Shown piece after piece: positions 19,169 to 28,799 of a stretch of DNA of 32,000 bases (within the stretch, counting starts at the first letter, position 1; every line of letters starts with the position of its first letter). The notes beneath the pieces were generated by a model. The model ran no database searches. It had not been told where the DNA came from and saw nothing but the letters and a program-made list of their open reading frames with translations. Location of the stretch: assembly GCF_000011465.1 (NCBI RefSeq), contig NC_005072.1, positions 90,001 through 122,000 on the forward strand, given 5' to 3'. Source of the stretch: Prochlorococcus marinus subsp. pastoris str. CCMP1986 (lineage in GTDB: Bacteria > Cyanobacteriota > Cyanobacteriia > PCC-6307 > Cyanobiaceae). The position numbers and the translations under genes are program-made.

Positions 19169-19831
19169 TTAATCATCTTTAGTTTTTCTTGTGTAATGAA
19201 TATATATTTCATTTCTATCTAATTCTTGAATCGATTTTATATTCCAAAATTGCTTTAAATTAAAAATTTTATTTGTTTGTTCAGTAGGTATCCATGTAAA
19301 TTTCCCTCCAATGATTCTTGGGGCTATTGTAATTTTGATTTCATCAATCAAATCTTCTTTTATAAAAGAATTTATAAGATTTGCCCCACCAAGAAGTGCT
19401 AGACGATTGATTCCAGCTTTTTTAATACTTAACAAGGTTTTACTCCAGGAATTTTTGTAGAAAATTTCTTTATCAAAATCTTTAGTCTCTATTGCATCTT
19501 TTTTATTAGAGCTGATTAACCATCTTTTAATTGGTTGATTGAAATAATTCCAATCTTTTTTAAATTTTTTGCTATTGGAGGCCACTATAGAAATAGGCTG
19601 ATTTTTTGAAATTTTTATTTCGCCATTTTTACAATGATTTTTTACTAAATATGTACTTTGATGAGCTTTTAGAGTTCCCAATCCAAAAATGGTAGCGTCA
19701 ACTATTGATAAGTTTTCATCTAACATTCTCCTATCTTCCTTACTTCCAAGATGAGATTCACCTCCACTTGGGAAGGCAATCCTTCCATCTAAACTAGAAG
19801 CGATAATGATCGCTATGCTTGGAGTATTCAA
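19169..19831 (-). CDS. RibD C-terminal (RibD_C) reductase domain protein, stand-alone
   Basis: SLDGRIAFPSGGESHLGSKEDRRMLDE, DATIFGLGTLKAH, LALLGGANLINSFIKEDLIDEIKITIAPRIIGG; probable TTG start. Confidence 0.82.
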   Translation of the reverse strand: MNTPSIAIIIASSLDGRIAFPSGGESHLGSKEDRRMLDENLSIVDATIFGLGTLKAHQSTYLVKNHCKNGEIKISKNQPISIVASNSKKFKKDWNYFNQPIKRWLISSNKKDAIETKDFDKEIFYKNSWSKTLLSIKKAGINRLALLGGANLINSFIKEDLIDEIKITIAPRIIGGKFTWIPTEQTNKIFNLKQFWNIKSIQELDRNEIYIHYTRKTKDD

Positions 19832-20754
19832 GCTTGAGCAACTAAAGAGTTAGTAAGATTTTTTTGCAAAGAATTTGGTAAGCTTTGTTCAACATAAATT
19901 TCCGCAGCATTATTTGGGCTCTCTTGAAGTTTTACCTTGTGCAGATTTGCTCCAATTTTTTTAATCGGAGATGAGAGAATATCGGCAATGTGTAGTGCAA
20001 TATTTTCACATGTTGGGACGCAAGTTTTAAAATATTCGATATCTTTGTTTAAGAAAGTATGATCAAATGGTTCAACTATAAGATCATCAATAATTGCTTG
20101 TAATGAAGGTAAATCACATATCATCCCAGTTCTTGGATCAATTTTTCCTCGGACTGTTACATCGAGAAAATAATTATGTCCATGTCCATTTACTCTGGCA
20201 CATTTCCCATAAATCTTCTTGTTTTCATCAAGAGAAATCTCATCTTTTGCTAATCGGTGAGCAGCATTAAAATGACTTTGAATTGTTAATAAAGCTTCCA
20301 TGTTTTTTCCATAGTAATCTGCCCATAAAGTTGGGCTTTCATAAATTCTTAAACTTGTAAGAGGTAGTTCATCTTTTAAACGATTCCAGATAACTTTAAC
20401 TAGAGCCTCAGTCGTTGGAAGAATGCCTTCTTGACTATGAATATTAAATTCAGGCCATACGTCATTTAAAAAACGAAAATCTAATTGTCCAGTGACCTTA
20501 CTCTTAATAGAATGTTTTACATCAGAAAGATTAAGGACCATTCCATCCGAGTCAAGTTTGCCCCCCATTGATACGATAAGTTCGTAATTATGGCCATGTC
20601 CTGGAGCTATACTACATTTCCCAAAAAGAGAGAAATTATCTTCTGAGCTTTTTTCAGGAAGCCAATAACGATGACTCGAACTAAAACAGGCACGTCGAGT
20701 TATGACGCATTCACGTCCCTGCCCATGTAATGGATTGGTATGTGTAAAAGTCAT
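19828..20754 (-). CDS. 6-pyruvoyl-tetrahydropterin synthase/QueD-family protein with two tandem PTPS domains
   Basis: Domain 1: FSSSHRYW, FGKCSIAPGHGHNYEL, YESPTLWADY; domain 2: FNAAHRL, YGKCARVNGHGHNYFLDV, FDHTFLN, LQESPNNAAEIY. Confidence 0.9.
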   Translation of the reverse strand: MTFTHTNPLHGQGRECVITRRACFSSSHRYWLPEKSSEDNFSLFGKCSIAPGHGHNYELIVSMGGKLDSDGMVLNLSDVKHSIKSKVTGQLDFRFLNDVWPEFNIHSQEGILPTTEALVKVIWNRLKDELPLTSLRIYESPTLWADYYGKNMEALLTIQSHFNAAHRLAKDEISLDENKKIYGKCARVNGHGHNYFLDVTVRGKIDPRTGMICDLPSLQAIIDDLIVEPFDHTFLNKDIEYFKTCVPTCENIALHIADILSSPIKKIGANLHKVKLQESPNNAAEIYVEQSLPNSLQKNLTNSLVAQA

Positions 20755-20804
20755 AAATGTCTGTAATAATACTATCTTAAGGTTTTATATACTCTTTTGT
20801 CTGT

Positions 20805-21362
20805 ATGGAAAAATCTATTATTGAGAAAACAAACAAAATAATTCAAGGAAGAAGTATATATTTGATAGGTATGATGGCTAGTGGTAAATCTAAAACTGGT
20901 CCAGTATTAGCCGAGTTATTGAGGTATAAGTATATTGATCTGGATAAATTAATAGAGAATATAGCAAAAAAAACAATTAATGAGATGTTCCAGGAAGATG
21001 GAGAAAAAGCATTCCGAGAACTAGAAACAAATTGCTTAAAAGAAACAATTAAAATCCCTTCTTTAATCGTTTCTACTGGTGGAGGAATTATTTCTAAACC
21101 AGAAAACTGGGGTGTTTTAAGGCAAGGAATTATTATTTGGATTGACACAAAGCAAGAGATTGCTCTTGAGAGGTTGAAAAAAGATATTGAAAATAGACCT
21201 CTATTACAGGGAGAAGATTTAAGTGATTTATATAACCAAATTTTTCAATCTAGAAAAAATTTATATTCTCAGGCTGACTTAAGAGTTGAGGTTAATAACG
21301 AAGATGTTGAAGAAGTTGCAAAACAAATAGTTTATGGAATTTACAAAAAAATTATAAATTAA
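20805..21362 (+). CDS. aroK: Shikimate kinase
   Basis: LIGMMASGKSKTG P-loop, DLDKLIE, FRELE, STGGGIISKPENW, RPLLQG. Confidence 0.92.
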   Translation: MEKSIIEKTNKIIQGRSIYLIGMMASGKSKTGPVLAELLRYKYIDLDKLIENIAKKTINEMFQEDGEKAFRELETNCLKETIKIPSLIVSTGGGIISKPENWGVLRQGIIIWIDTKQEIALERLKKDIENRPLLQGEDLSDLYNQIFQSRKNLYSQADLRVEVNNEDVEEVAKQIVYGIYKKIIN

Positions 21363-21616
21363 TCAGGTTCCACTCTTACAGCAAACCATTTAATAACGAA
21401 TCCAAATTTTATTTCTAATTCATAAGTACTTTCTAATAATTCTTCGAGAAATTCCTCATTGGAATAATCTTTTTTTTGATATATAGTTGATGAATCAACC
21501 TTATGAAGCCAATTTCTTAACCATAATATTGCTTCTTTTTTAGTTACTATTTTTTCTTTTGAATCTGGCTCTAATAATACAAAATGGTCTTCAGATCTTA
21601 TTAATGGATTAGACAT
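21359..21616 (-). CDS. CRR7-like (chlororespiratory reduction 7 family) small protein
   Basis: N-terminal NPLIRSEDHFVLLEPDS and C-terminal YELEIKFGFVIKWFAVRVEPD resemble cyanobacterial CRR7-family proteins. Confidence 0.6.
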   Translation of the reverse strand: MSNPLIRSEDHFVLLEPDSKEKIVTKKEAILWLRNWLHKVDSSTIYQKKDYSNEEFLEELLESTYELEIKFGFVIKWFAVRVEPD

Positions 21617-22325
21617 GATTAAAAATTTTTTAGGATTAATTATTTTTCTAATTATTCAAGTAATTTCTTTAGATAATGCATTTGCTTTCAATGATCATAA
21701 TGTAAGAGAATTTTTAGATGAAAGAGAAAATTTATGGCCAGAATTATACTTACCAAATTTCAAATTTTCAAATACTTCAAGAGATTTAATTTATCCTAAT
21801 TGGTTTGAGGGTAATTGGCTTGTTACTTCTCAAGATTTAGAAGATGAGTCTCAAGCACCAGTGATTTACAAAGTAAATTTTTTCAAAAATAATTTAAATC
21901 AAGTTATTGGTAATCGATCGAAAAATTCTGAGTCAATTGGTAAAGCGATATTTGGTGATACTTTGATTAAAGTTGTTAATGATCCTAAATCAATTAACAA
22001 ACAAATTACTTATTTAAAAGATGATCTATATATTGATTCAAGGATCACAGGAAGAAATCAAATTAAAGATGATGATATGTTTTTTGCTGACGAATTAGTT
22101 ATTCAAACTCTTCATAAACCAGGAGCATCTAGGGTTAATCAGGTCGAGACAATAAGTAAATTTCAAAAATGTAATCGTCATAATTCCAATTCAGAGAATA
22201 CTTTAAAACCTAATATCTGCGGTTTTCAATATATTGCTACATACGGTTCAAAAGTTGGAGATCCCTCAGTGCATGCAATTAAAACTAGTAAATTTAAATT
22301 ATCGTTTGAATTTATTGAGAGTTAG
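21615..22325 (+). CDS. DUF6816-like secreted/exported cyanobacterial protein
   Basis: N-terminal signal-like hydrophobic segment; LPNFKFSNTSRDLIYPNWFEGNWLVTSQ. Confidence 0.6.
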   Translation: MIKNFLGLIIFLIIQVISLDNAFAFNDHNVREFLDERENLWPELYLPNFKFSNTSRDLIYPNWFEGNWLVTSQDLEDESQAPVIYKVNFFKNNLNQVIGNRSKNSESIGKAIFGDTLIKVVNDPKSINKQITYLKDDLYIDSRITGRNQIKDDDMFFADELVIQTLHKPGASRVNQVETISKFQKCNRHNSNSENTLKPNICGFQYIATYGSKVGDPSVHAIKTSKFKLSFEFIES

Positions 22326-23037
22326 CACTAAAAAGATATTCTTCTATGTTGTTTCTCCAAATAAATATATTTTCTAAATAAGGATTATTTATGTATTCTT
22401 GACAACCTTCCCCTGAAAGAATTGGTCCCGATGATTTTGGAAATTTAAGAAGAGATAATTGTGCACTAATTGCAATATCAGCTATTGATAAATTATCGCC
22501 TATCAAATATTTTTTATTAATTAGGGCTTTAGATAAAGCCTCTAATATTTTTTGCAGTTCTAAATTGTCTTTGGTAGAAAAAACTACATTAGAAATTTTA
22601 CTAAGATTTTTAAAAGGTAATTTATCAACTAAACCTTTTACTGAAGATGGTATTTCGTCTGGAAGTAAAGCAGTGCGTAGTTGTGGATTCTCTATTGCTG
22701 ATTTAATCAGAGCTTTTCTACAAGTTGAAGCCATAGTAGTGTCAGCCCAATCTTCTATTAATTTGCATTGTGCAAACAATAAAGGATCTTTTGGAAAAAG
22801 TGGATTATTATCATTTTTTTTATTTATATATTCGCAAATAATTGTAGAGTCACTAATAATTTGATCATTATCATCAACAATTATTGGGACTTGTTTTTGA
22901 CCTGATATCTTAAAGATTTCAAATTGACCTAAGCCTGGTGTAACTTCTTCAACTCTATATTGCAATTTCTTTGCGTGAAGAGCCATTCTTGTCTTTAAGC
23001 AAAAAGCGCTATGTCTAAATTGATATAATGTAATCAT
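22312..23037 (-). CDS. Glutathione S-transferase family protein
   Basis: Thioredoxin-fold N terminus (KVPIIVDDNDQIISDSTIICEYI) plus GST-C (LIGDNLSIADIAISAQL). Confidence 0.88.
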   Translation of the reverse strand: MITLYQFRHSAFCLKTRMALHAKKLQYRVEEVTPGLGQFEIFKISGQKQVPIIVDDNDQIISDSTIICEYINKKNDNNPLFPKDPLLFAQCKLIEDWADTTMASTCRKALIKSAIENPQLRTALLPDEIPSSVKGLVDKLPFKNLSKISNVVFSTKDNLELQKILEALSKALINKKYLIGDNLSIADIAISAQLSLLKFPKSSGPILSGEGCQEYINNPYLENIFIWRNNIEEYLFSANSQ

Positions 23038-23082
23038 GCTGTTTAATGTTTGTTAAAACTTAGCTAAAAAAGTAATCAAATT

Positions 23083-23295
23083 GTGGAGCTAATGGGCCAA
23101 TTTTTCTCTAATGTTGCAAGATATCCTAAGTATTTAATTTCTATTATTGCAGGAGGATTAGTTGCATTACTAGAACCTTTATTTAAAAATAGATCAAATC
23201 CATTAACATTAGTAGGTTTAATTTCTTCAGTAATAAGTGCCTTCATAACATTTTATTTCGTACTAAAAGCAATGACTAATCCAATCAACTTATAA
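23083..23295 (+). CDS. DUF751-like small membrane protein
   Basis: FFSNVARYPKYLISIIAGGLVALLEPL followed by a second TM segment; upstream of rbfA. Confidence 0.75.
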   Translation: MELMGQFFSNVARYPKYLISIIAGGLVALLEPLFKNRSNPLTLVGLISSVISAFITFYFVLKAMTNPINL

Positions 23296-23300
23296 CAATA

Positions 23301-23699
23301 ATGCCTAATAATTATCGGATTGCAAAAATTTCTTCTTTGTTGAAAAAAGAGATAACTCTTATTTTGCAGAATGATTTGGAAAATGATCTATTAAGGAGTA
23401 ATTTTATTAATATTTCAAAAATAGAATTATCAGGAGATTTGCAATTTTGCAAGATTTATATAACTTCAACTGCTGAAGAAGCAATAAGAAAAGAAATTGT
23501 TGAAGAATTAAATCTTGCTAAGACCTATATCAGGCATACTTTAGGTCAAAGAATAGAGATGAGACGAGTACCAGAAATGACTTTTAAAGACGATACAGTA
23601 TTAGAAAAAGGATTGTCGGTACTCAAGCTCCTTGCGGAATTAAAAAATAAAAAACATAATCAAGATTCAAAAGTTGAGGGAAATAATAAAAATGTCTGA
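23301..23699 (+). CDS. rbfA: 30S ribosome-binding factor RbfA
   Basis: NYRIAKISSLLKKEITLIL, GDLQFCKIYIT, IRHTLGQRIEMRRVPEMTFKDD. Confidence 0.93.
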   Translation: MPNNYRIAKISSLLKKEITLILQNDLENDLLRSNFINISKIELSGDLQFCKIYITSTAEEAIRKEIVEELNLAKTYIRHTLGQRIEMRRVPEMTFKDDTVLEKGLSVLKLLAELKNKKHNQDSKVEGNNKNV

Positions 23700-24483
23700 G
23701 CTCTCTTTGAATCAAAAAAATATAATTATTACTCGATCAAAAGATAAGATATCTGATGTAAAAAAGTTATTCACTAATAAAGGAGCTCAAATATTTGATT
23801 TTCCAGCAATTGATGTTGGATATCCTGATGATTTAAATCCTCTTGATGATGCCTTAAGCGAAATTAACGATTTTCACTGGATTATTTTTACCAGTAGTAA
23901 TGGAATACAATTTGTAGATGAGAGATTAAGAAATTTAAATACTTCATTAAAAGAATGTTCGAAGAAAATAAAAATTGCTGTAGTAGGGGAGAAAACTTCC
24001 TTAACTCTAAGCGATTTAGGTATTGAGGCTGATTTCGTCCCCCCAGAATTTGTAGCAGAAAGTTTAATTGAAAATTTTCCGGTATCAGGATATGGACTCA
24101 GAGTTTTTTTGCCAAGAGTTCAAACAGGAGGAAGGAATTTCATAGCTGATGAATTCAGGAATTCTGGTTCGCGTGTTGTAGAGGTTCCAGCCTATGAAAC
24201 AAGATGTCCGGATTCAATTCCTATAGAAACAATAAATGCTATCTCTAACAGAAAAATTGATGCAATGGTTTTTTCAAGTGGTAAAACAGTATCAAATTCT
24301 TCTTTCTTGCTTGAAAAAGAATTTGGGGAAGAATGGTTAACCTATCTAGAAAATGCAAAATTATTAACTATTGGACCTCAAACTTCAAAAATATGTGGAA
24401 AAACTTTTGGCAGAGTTGATAAAGAGGCGGTTAAGTACACTTTTGAAGGATTATTAGATGCGGCAATTGATATTTTTAATTAG
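23692..24483 (+). CDS. hemD: Uroporphyrinogen-III synthase (track start 23674; in-frame ATG at 23692 overlaps the rbfA stop and seems more likely)
   Basis: IIITRSKDK, WIIFTSSNGIQFV, PRVQTGGRNFIADEFRNSG, FSSGKTVSNSS, GPQTSKIC. Confidence 0.88.
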   Translation: MSELSLNQKNIIITRSKDKISDVKKLFTNKGAQIFDFPAIDVGYPDDLNPLDDALSEINDFHWIIFTSSNGIQFVDERLRNLNTSLKECSKKIKIAVVGEKTSLTLSDLGIEADFVPPEFVAESLIENFPVSGYGLRVFLPRVQTGGRNFIADEFRNSGSRVVEVPAYETRCPDSIPIETINAISNRKIDAMVFSSGKTVSNSSFLLEKEFGEEWLTYLENAKLLTIGPQTSKICGKTFGRVDKEAVKYTFEGLLDAAIDIFN

Positions 24484-24946
24484 TTAATTCATTTTTGTAA
24501 TTTTTTTCTACTAAATCTCGAAATCTATCAATATTTGCTTGTAATTCATTAGTTACCATTTTACCCAAAATTTTTTCTTCCATAAATCGAGCAATCATTC
24601 TAGGTAATTCATAGGTAACTGCTAAGTGTACCGATGTTAATTGGTCTCCTTTTGATTCAAAAATAACAGAACCCTGAGTTGGTAATCCTCCAATAGATTT
24701 CCATTTTAATTTATTTTTCTCAATCCTTTCTGTTATTTGTGCTTTCCATTTAAATTTGAATCCATTAGCAGCTAAAGTCCATTCAGTCAGATCAGGTAAA
24801 GTTGATGTCTCTTGATCAATTGTTTTTACCGATTCAATCCAGCTCATCCACAGAGACATGGAATCCAAATCACTCCAGGTGTTCCAAACGTTATCTAATG
24901 GCGCATTAACAATTGTAATTACGTCATGTTTAAGCCAAGTACCCAT
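24476..24946 (-). CDS. SRPBCC (START/Bet v1-like) family protein
   Basis: APLDNVWNTWSDLDSMSLWMSWIESV pattern and a polyketide cyclase-like fold profile; directly downstream of zds. Confidence 0.8.
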   Translation of the reverse strand: MGTWLKHDVITIVNAPLDNVWNTWSDLDSMSLWMSWIESVKTIDQETSTLPDLTEWTLAANGFKFKWKAQITERIEKNKLKWKSIGGLPTQGSVIFESKGDQLTSVHLAVTYELPRMIARFMEEKILGKMVTNELQANIDRFRDLVEKNYKNELTN

Positions 24947-24948
24947 AG

Positions 24949-26403
24949 TTAGCTGACCGCAAGATTCTTTGCTAATTCAGCTTTCTTATCTAAAATTGCT
25001 GCTGCTGCTAGATGACCGCTCATAGTAGCCCCCTCCATTGAATCTATATAGTCTTGTTTTGTATAACTACCTGCCATAAAGAAATTTGATATTGAAGTCT
25101 TTTGATCAGGTCTATATGGGTCCATACCTGGAGATTCTCTATAAAGTGATTGTGGAACTTGTACGACATTACTCCAAAGTAATTTTAGATTTTTCGAAGA
25201 AGGAAATAGACGACGCACTTCAGAATCAATTTCTTTAGTGATTCTCTCTGTTGATCTACCCATCCAACGATCTCCAGGAGTCAAAACACATTGAAGTAAA
25301 GATCCCATTCCTTCCTTTCTATAATCTACGGGACTTGCTAAAGCTAAATCTGCGAAACAACTGAAAGATGCATCTGCTGAATATAAAAGATTATCTAAAC
25401 CTGTAGGGTTTTGACTTTTGTTATCGTTATTTAATTCTGTAACCCATCCATCATATCTTAATTGAATTGTCGCTACTGCAACCGCTCTGAGTTTTTTTAA
25501 ACCCTCAAACTCCTTAAATTGATACCATTCTTTAGGAACTATCTTTTTAATTCCAGGAACATCACAAGCAGCGAGAAATGTATCAGCAAATATAACCTTT
25601 GGGCCTTCAGGAGTGGATATTTTAAGTTGAGTGACCGAGTAAGAGGAAGATTCTTTTTCAAAAATAATTTCGTCCACCTTATGATTTAAGTGGATTTTGC
25701 ATCCTTTTTTTGTTATGTAATCAACGATAGGTTTTGTAAGCCATTTATGAGGGGATCCTTTTAAAAGATTAAGTTTAGAGGCTTCAGTCTTAGATGCAAA
25801 CATCATAAAAATAGTTAACATGCATCTTGCCGATATATCTTGACAATTTATGAAACCTAATGCGTATGCAATTGGATCCCACATCCTTTCAAGACTTCTT
25901 AAGCTTCCGCCATGATTTAAAAACCATTCTTTAAAGCTTATTTTATCTAAGTCTCTTATTATCTTCATTGCACCCTCGTAATCTACTAATCCTCTAACTA
26001 TCGGACTGGTTCCTAAAGCTAATGCATTTCTTAACTTATCTACCCAAGTCAATTGTTCGGTAGTGAAAAAAGCCTTTAGACCGTTGAAAGGAGCTCCTAA
26101 GGCAAATCTAAAATCCAAAGATTTTAAATCACCACCTTTATTTACAAATAAATGAGTATGTTCTTTAGGAAGCAAATTATCTAATGCTCCAACTTTTTTC
26201 ATGAGTTTAAAAAGATTTGCATAGTTATAAAAAAATACATGTAATCCCATCTCTATGTGGTTACCATCTTTATCTTCCCAACTTCCAACTTTTCCGCCCC
26301 AGAATGATCTGCTTTCGTAAATTTCTACTTCATGACCTTCATCAACTAGGTTAACTGCCGCTGTTAAACCCGCTAATCCAGAACCTACTATTGCTATTTT
26401 CAC
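24949..26403 (-). CDS. zds: Zeta-carotene desaturase
   Basis: [50 protein letters not shown]-terminal [24 protein letters not shown]. Confidence 0.93.
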   Translation of the reverse strand: MKIAIVGSGLAGLTAAVNLVDEGHEVEIYESRSFWGGKVGSWEDKDGNHIEMGLHVFFYNYANLFKLMKKVGALDNLLPKEHTHLFVNKGGDLKSLDFRFALGAPFNGLKAFFTTEQLTWVDKLRNALALGTSPIVRGLVDYEGAMKIIRDLDKISFKEWFLNHGGSLRSLERMWDPIAYALGFINCQDISARCMLTIFMMFASKTEASKLNLLKGSPHKWLTKPIVDYITKKGCKIHLNHKVDEIIFEKESSSYSVTQLKISTPEGPKVIFADTFLAACDVPGIKKIVPKEWYQFKEFEGLKKLRAVAVATIQLRYDGWVTELNNDNKSQNPTGLDNLLYSADASFSCFADLALASPVDYRKEGMGSLLQCVLTPGDRWMGRSTERITKEIDSEVRRLFPSSKNLKLLWSNVVQVPQSLYRESPGMDPYRPDQKTSISNFFMAGSYTKQDYIDSMEGATMSGHLAAAAILDKKAELAKNLAVS

Positions 26404-26502
26404 TTTTTTTATGAATTATAACAAATCAACTTTGTATATCGCTTGAAATATGCATGATGTATCTATATTTTTTATAGTGTAGTTATACGTTTATATGTAT
26501 TT

Positions 26503-26895
26503 ATGGAAAATGTAAAAATAGAAGAAAAAATAAAGACCTCAGATGACGGAAAGGGAATTTTAATAACCAATGATGCCATAGAGCAAATATCTTCTTTATT
26601 GAAGAATCAGACTGATAAGAAAGCTCTAAGAGTTGGGGTAAGATCTGGCGGATGCAGTGGTATGAGTTATACGATGGATTTTATTGGTGGAGATGAAATA
26701 AATGCAGATGATAAAGTATATGATTATTCATTAAGTTCCGAACAAACCTTCAAAGTAATATGCGACCCAAAAAGTCTTCTGTATATTTACGGCATGCAAC
26801 TAGATTTCAGTAAAGATTTAATTGGTGGAGGTTTTAATTTCGTTAATCCTAATGCTTCACAAACTTGTGGCTGCGGAAGCTCTTTTGCAGTTTAG
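26503..26895 (+). CDS. HesB/IscA-family Fe-S cluster assembly (A-type carrier) protein
   Basis: Conserved cysteines RSGGCSGMSY and NPNASQTCGCGSSF. Confidence 0.93.
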   Translation: MENVKIEEKIKTSDDGKGILITNDAIEQISSLLKNQTDKKALRVGVRSGGCSGMSYTMDFIGGDEINADDKVYDYSLSSEQTFKVICDPKSLLYIYGMQLDFSKDLIGGGFNFVNPNASQTCGCGSSFAV

Positions 26896-26903
26896 AAATA
26901 AAT

Positions 26904-27332
26904 ATGACAGATGACATTAATCCAATTGAATCTGATTTCAATGCTGCCTTATCTAGATATCAAGATGGCCAAGAGTTAATCCCAATTGCACAAGATTTTC
27001 AAAAAATCATTCAACAAATACCCAACCACTTTGCTGCTTGGACTTGTTTATCTTGGCTGCAGCTTCTATTGAAAAATAACGAAGAAGCATTAGCAGCAGC
27101 TAGAGAGGCGGTTCGCTTAAATCAGCAAGACCCGCAAGCAAGAATGAATTTGTCCTTAGCTCTTTTGGCTACAAATAATAAAGGTGTTAGAGACCATGTT
27201 GAATTAATTAAAAAAATGGCAATGATGATGCCTGATGTAAAGACAGAGTTAAAAGAGTCAGTTGAAGACGGATTTAATAGATATCCAAACTGGCCAGAAT
27301 TAACCAAAATCAATAAATGGTTAGAATTTTAA
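26904..27332 (+). CDS. TPR-repeat protein (track start 26865; ATG at 26904 likely the true start)
   Basis: TPR-like helices PNHFAAWTCLSWLQLLLKNNEEALAAAREAVRLNQQDPQARMNLSLALL. Confidence 0.8.
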   Translation: MTDDINPIESDFNAALSRYQDGQELIPIAQDFQKIIQQIPNHFAAWTCLSWLQLLLKNNEEALAAAREAVRLNQQDPQARMNLSLALLATNNKGVRDHVELIKKMAMMMPDVKTELKESVEDGFNRYPNWPELTKINKWLEF

Positions 27333-27333
27333 A

Positions 27334-28533
27334 TTGTCCAGAATTTTACTATTAAGTAATGGACATGGAGAAGATTTATCTGGTAGTTTATTAGCCAAAT
27401 ATTTTGTAAAGAAAGGTGATCTTGTTGATGCACTACCTATTGTGGGTGATGGTGAAAATTATAAAAAAGAAAATATAAGAATAATTGGTAAAACCAAAAA
27501 ATTTAGAACTGGTGGTATTGGTTATAATTCTTTTAGTGGAAGAATATTCGAAATATTTGGAGGACAAATAATTTACTTTTTTAAAAAATTATATTTGTCT
27601 TATAAATTAAAAAATAAATATGATTTCTATTTAGTAATTGGAGATATAGTTCCTGTTTTTTTTGCATGGTTTGCAAAAAAAGATTTTTTTACATATTTAG
27701 TAGCGTACTCTAGTCACTATGAGGGAAAATTGAAATTACCTTGGCCCTGTAAATTTTTTTTAATCTCAAAATATGCAAAAAAAATATATGCTAGGGATTT
27801 TCTAACAGCAGATGATTTATCTCAACAATTAAGAAAAAAAGTATCTTTTTTAGGTAATCCATTTATGGATAAGTTTTCTTTTTTTGAAAATAAACCGAAA
27901 ATCGTCCCTTTTAATATTGGTTTATTTCCTGGAAGCAGATTTCCTGAACTTTTAGATAATTTGAAATTGATTTTAGAAGTTTTAGAGACAATGTCTAAGT
28001 TGCAATATTTTGAGAATATTGCATTCAAGTTTGCCATAGTAAAAGCTCTTTCTATGGAAGAAATTAGGCAGATACTAAATCAACGAAAATGGATTTACAT
28101 AGAAAAAAAAGGAAAAAATGATGGTCTAGAATTTACATTTGGATTCATTACGATTAATTTGAACTGGAATTTGTTTGAAGAAATATTATTTGAAAGTAAT
28201 TTCGTAATAAGTATGGCTGGAACTGCATCAGAGCAGGCAATCGGTTTAGCAAAGCCAGTTATTCAAATTGAAGGTAACGGTCCACAATTTACAAAATCTT
28301 TTGCAGAAGCTCAAAGAAGATTACTTGGTAGATATGTTTTTTGTTCTACCAATTATATTAATAAGAAAGATCAAATAAATCAGACAATAAATCTAATCCT
28401 TAAAGTTATTTATCTGATAAAGCTAGACAAAAAGTTTTTGGTTTCTTGTCTTGATAATGCAAATCTAAGAATCGGAGAGAGTAATTCATGCCTTAAGATA
28501 ATTAATGATATAAAAGGGTTTCATGAAAAATGA
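27334..28533 (+). CDS. Lipid-A-disaccharide synthase-related glycosyltransferase (TIGR03492-like)
   Basis: ILLLSNGHGEDLSGSLLAK, IGLFPGSRFPE, MAGTASEQAIGLAKPVIQIEGNGPQ; TTG start. Confidence 0.82.
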   Translation: MSRILLLSNGHGEDLSGSLLAKYFVKKGDLVDALPIVGDGENYKKENIRIIGKTKKFRTGGIGYNSFSGRIFEIFGGQIIYFFKKLYLSYKLKNKYDFYLVIGDIVPVFFAWFAKKDFFTYLVAYSSHYEGKLKLPWPCKFFLISKYAKKIYARDFLTADDLSQQLRKKVSFLGNPFMDKFSFFENKPKIVPFNIGLFPGSRFPELLDNLKLILEVLETMSKLQYFENIAFKFAIVKALSMEEIRQILNQRKWIYIEKKGKNDGLEFTFGFITINLNWNLFEEILFESNFVISMAGTASEQAIGLAKPVIQIEGNGPQFTKSFAEAQRRLLGRYVFCSTNYINKKDQINQTINLILKVIYLIKLDKKFLVSCLDNANLRIGESNSCLKIINDIKGFHEK

Positions 28534-28799
28534 CTAAGCAGAAATCAGAATCAAAGTTGAGAGTGATTATTGATAATTTTTTATTGATAAATTTATTCGT
28601 TGTTATTTTTTTTGCAATATTTTTTATTTTTGCAGTAATTATGCAAATTAATGGAGTATTTATTTTCCTTAATATTTTTCAGAATCTTTGGAATCCACTC
28701 ATCACACCTTTAATCACTATTTTAATTGTAAGTGCGGTAGTTAATGGCATTAATTCTTGGTGGAGGCGTAAATGGCTTTCTCAAGAAGAGGATATTTAA
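28530..28799 (+). CDS. Small two-TM membrane hypothetical protein
   Basis: 89 aa, hydrophobic helices, ATGA overlap with the upstream gene. Confidence 0.7.
   Translation: MTKQKSESKLRVIIDNFLLINLFVVIFFAIFFIFAVIMQINGVFIFLNIFQNLWNPLITPLITILIVSAVVNGINSWWRRKWLSQEEDI

Noticed and set aside
20843-21148. 101-aa minus ORF inside aroK
   Set aside because: Antisense to shikimate kinase motifs.
22565-22864. 99-aa plus ORF inside the GST gene
   Set aside because: Antisense shadow ORF with no recognisable features.
27122-28037. Minus ORFs 27122-27313 and 27822-28037
   Set aside because: Antisense to the TPR and LpxB-related genes; no support.
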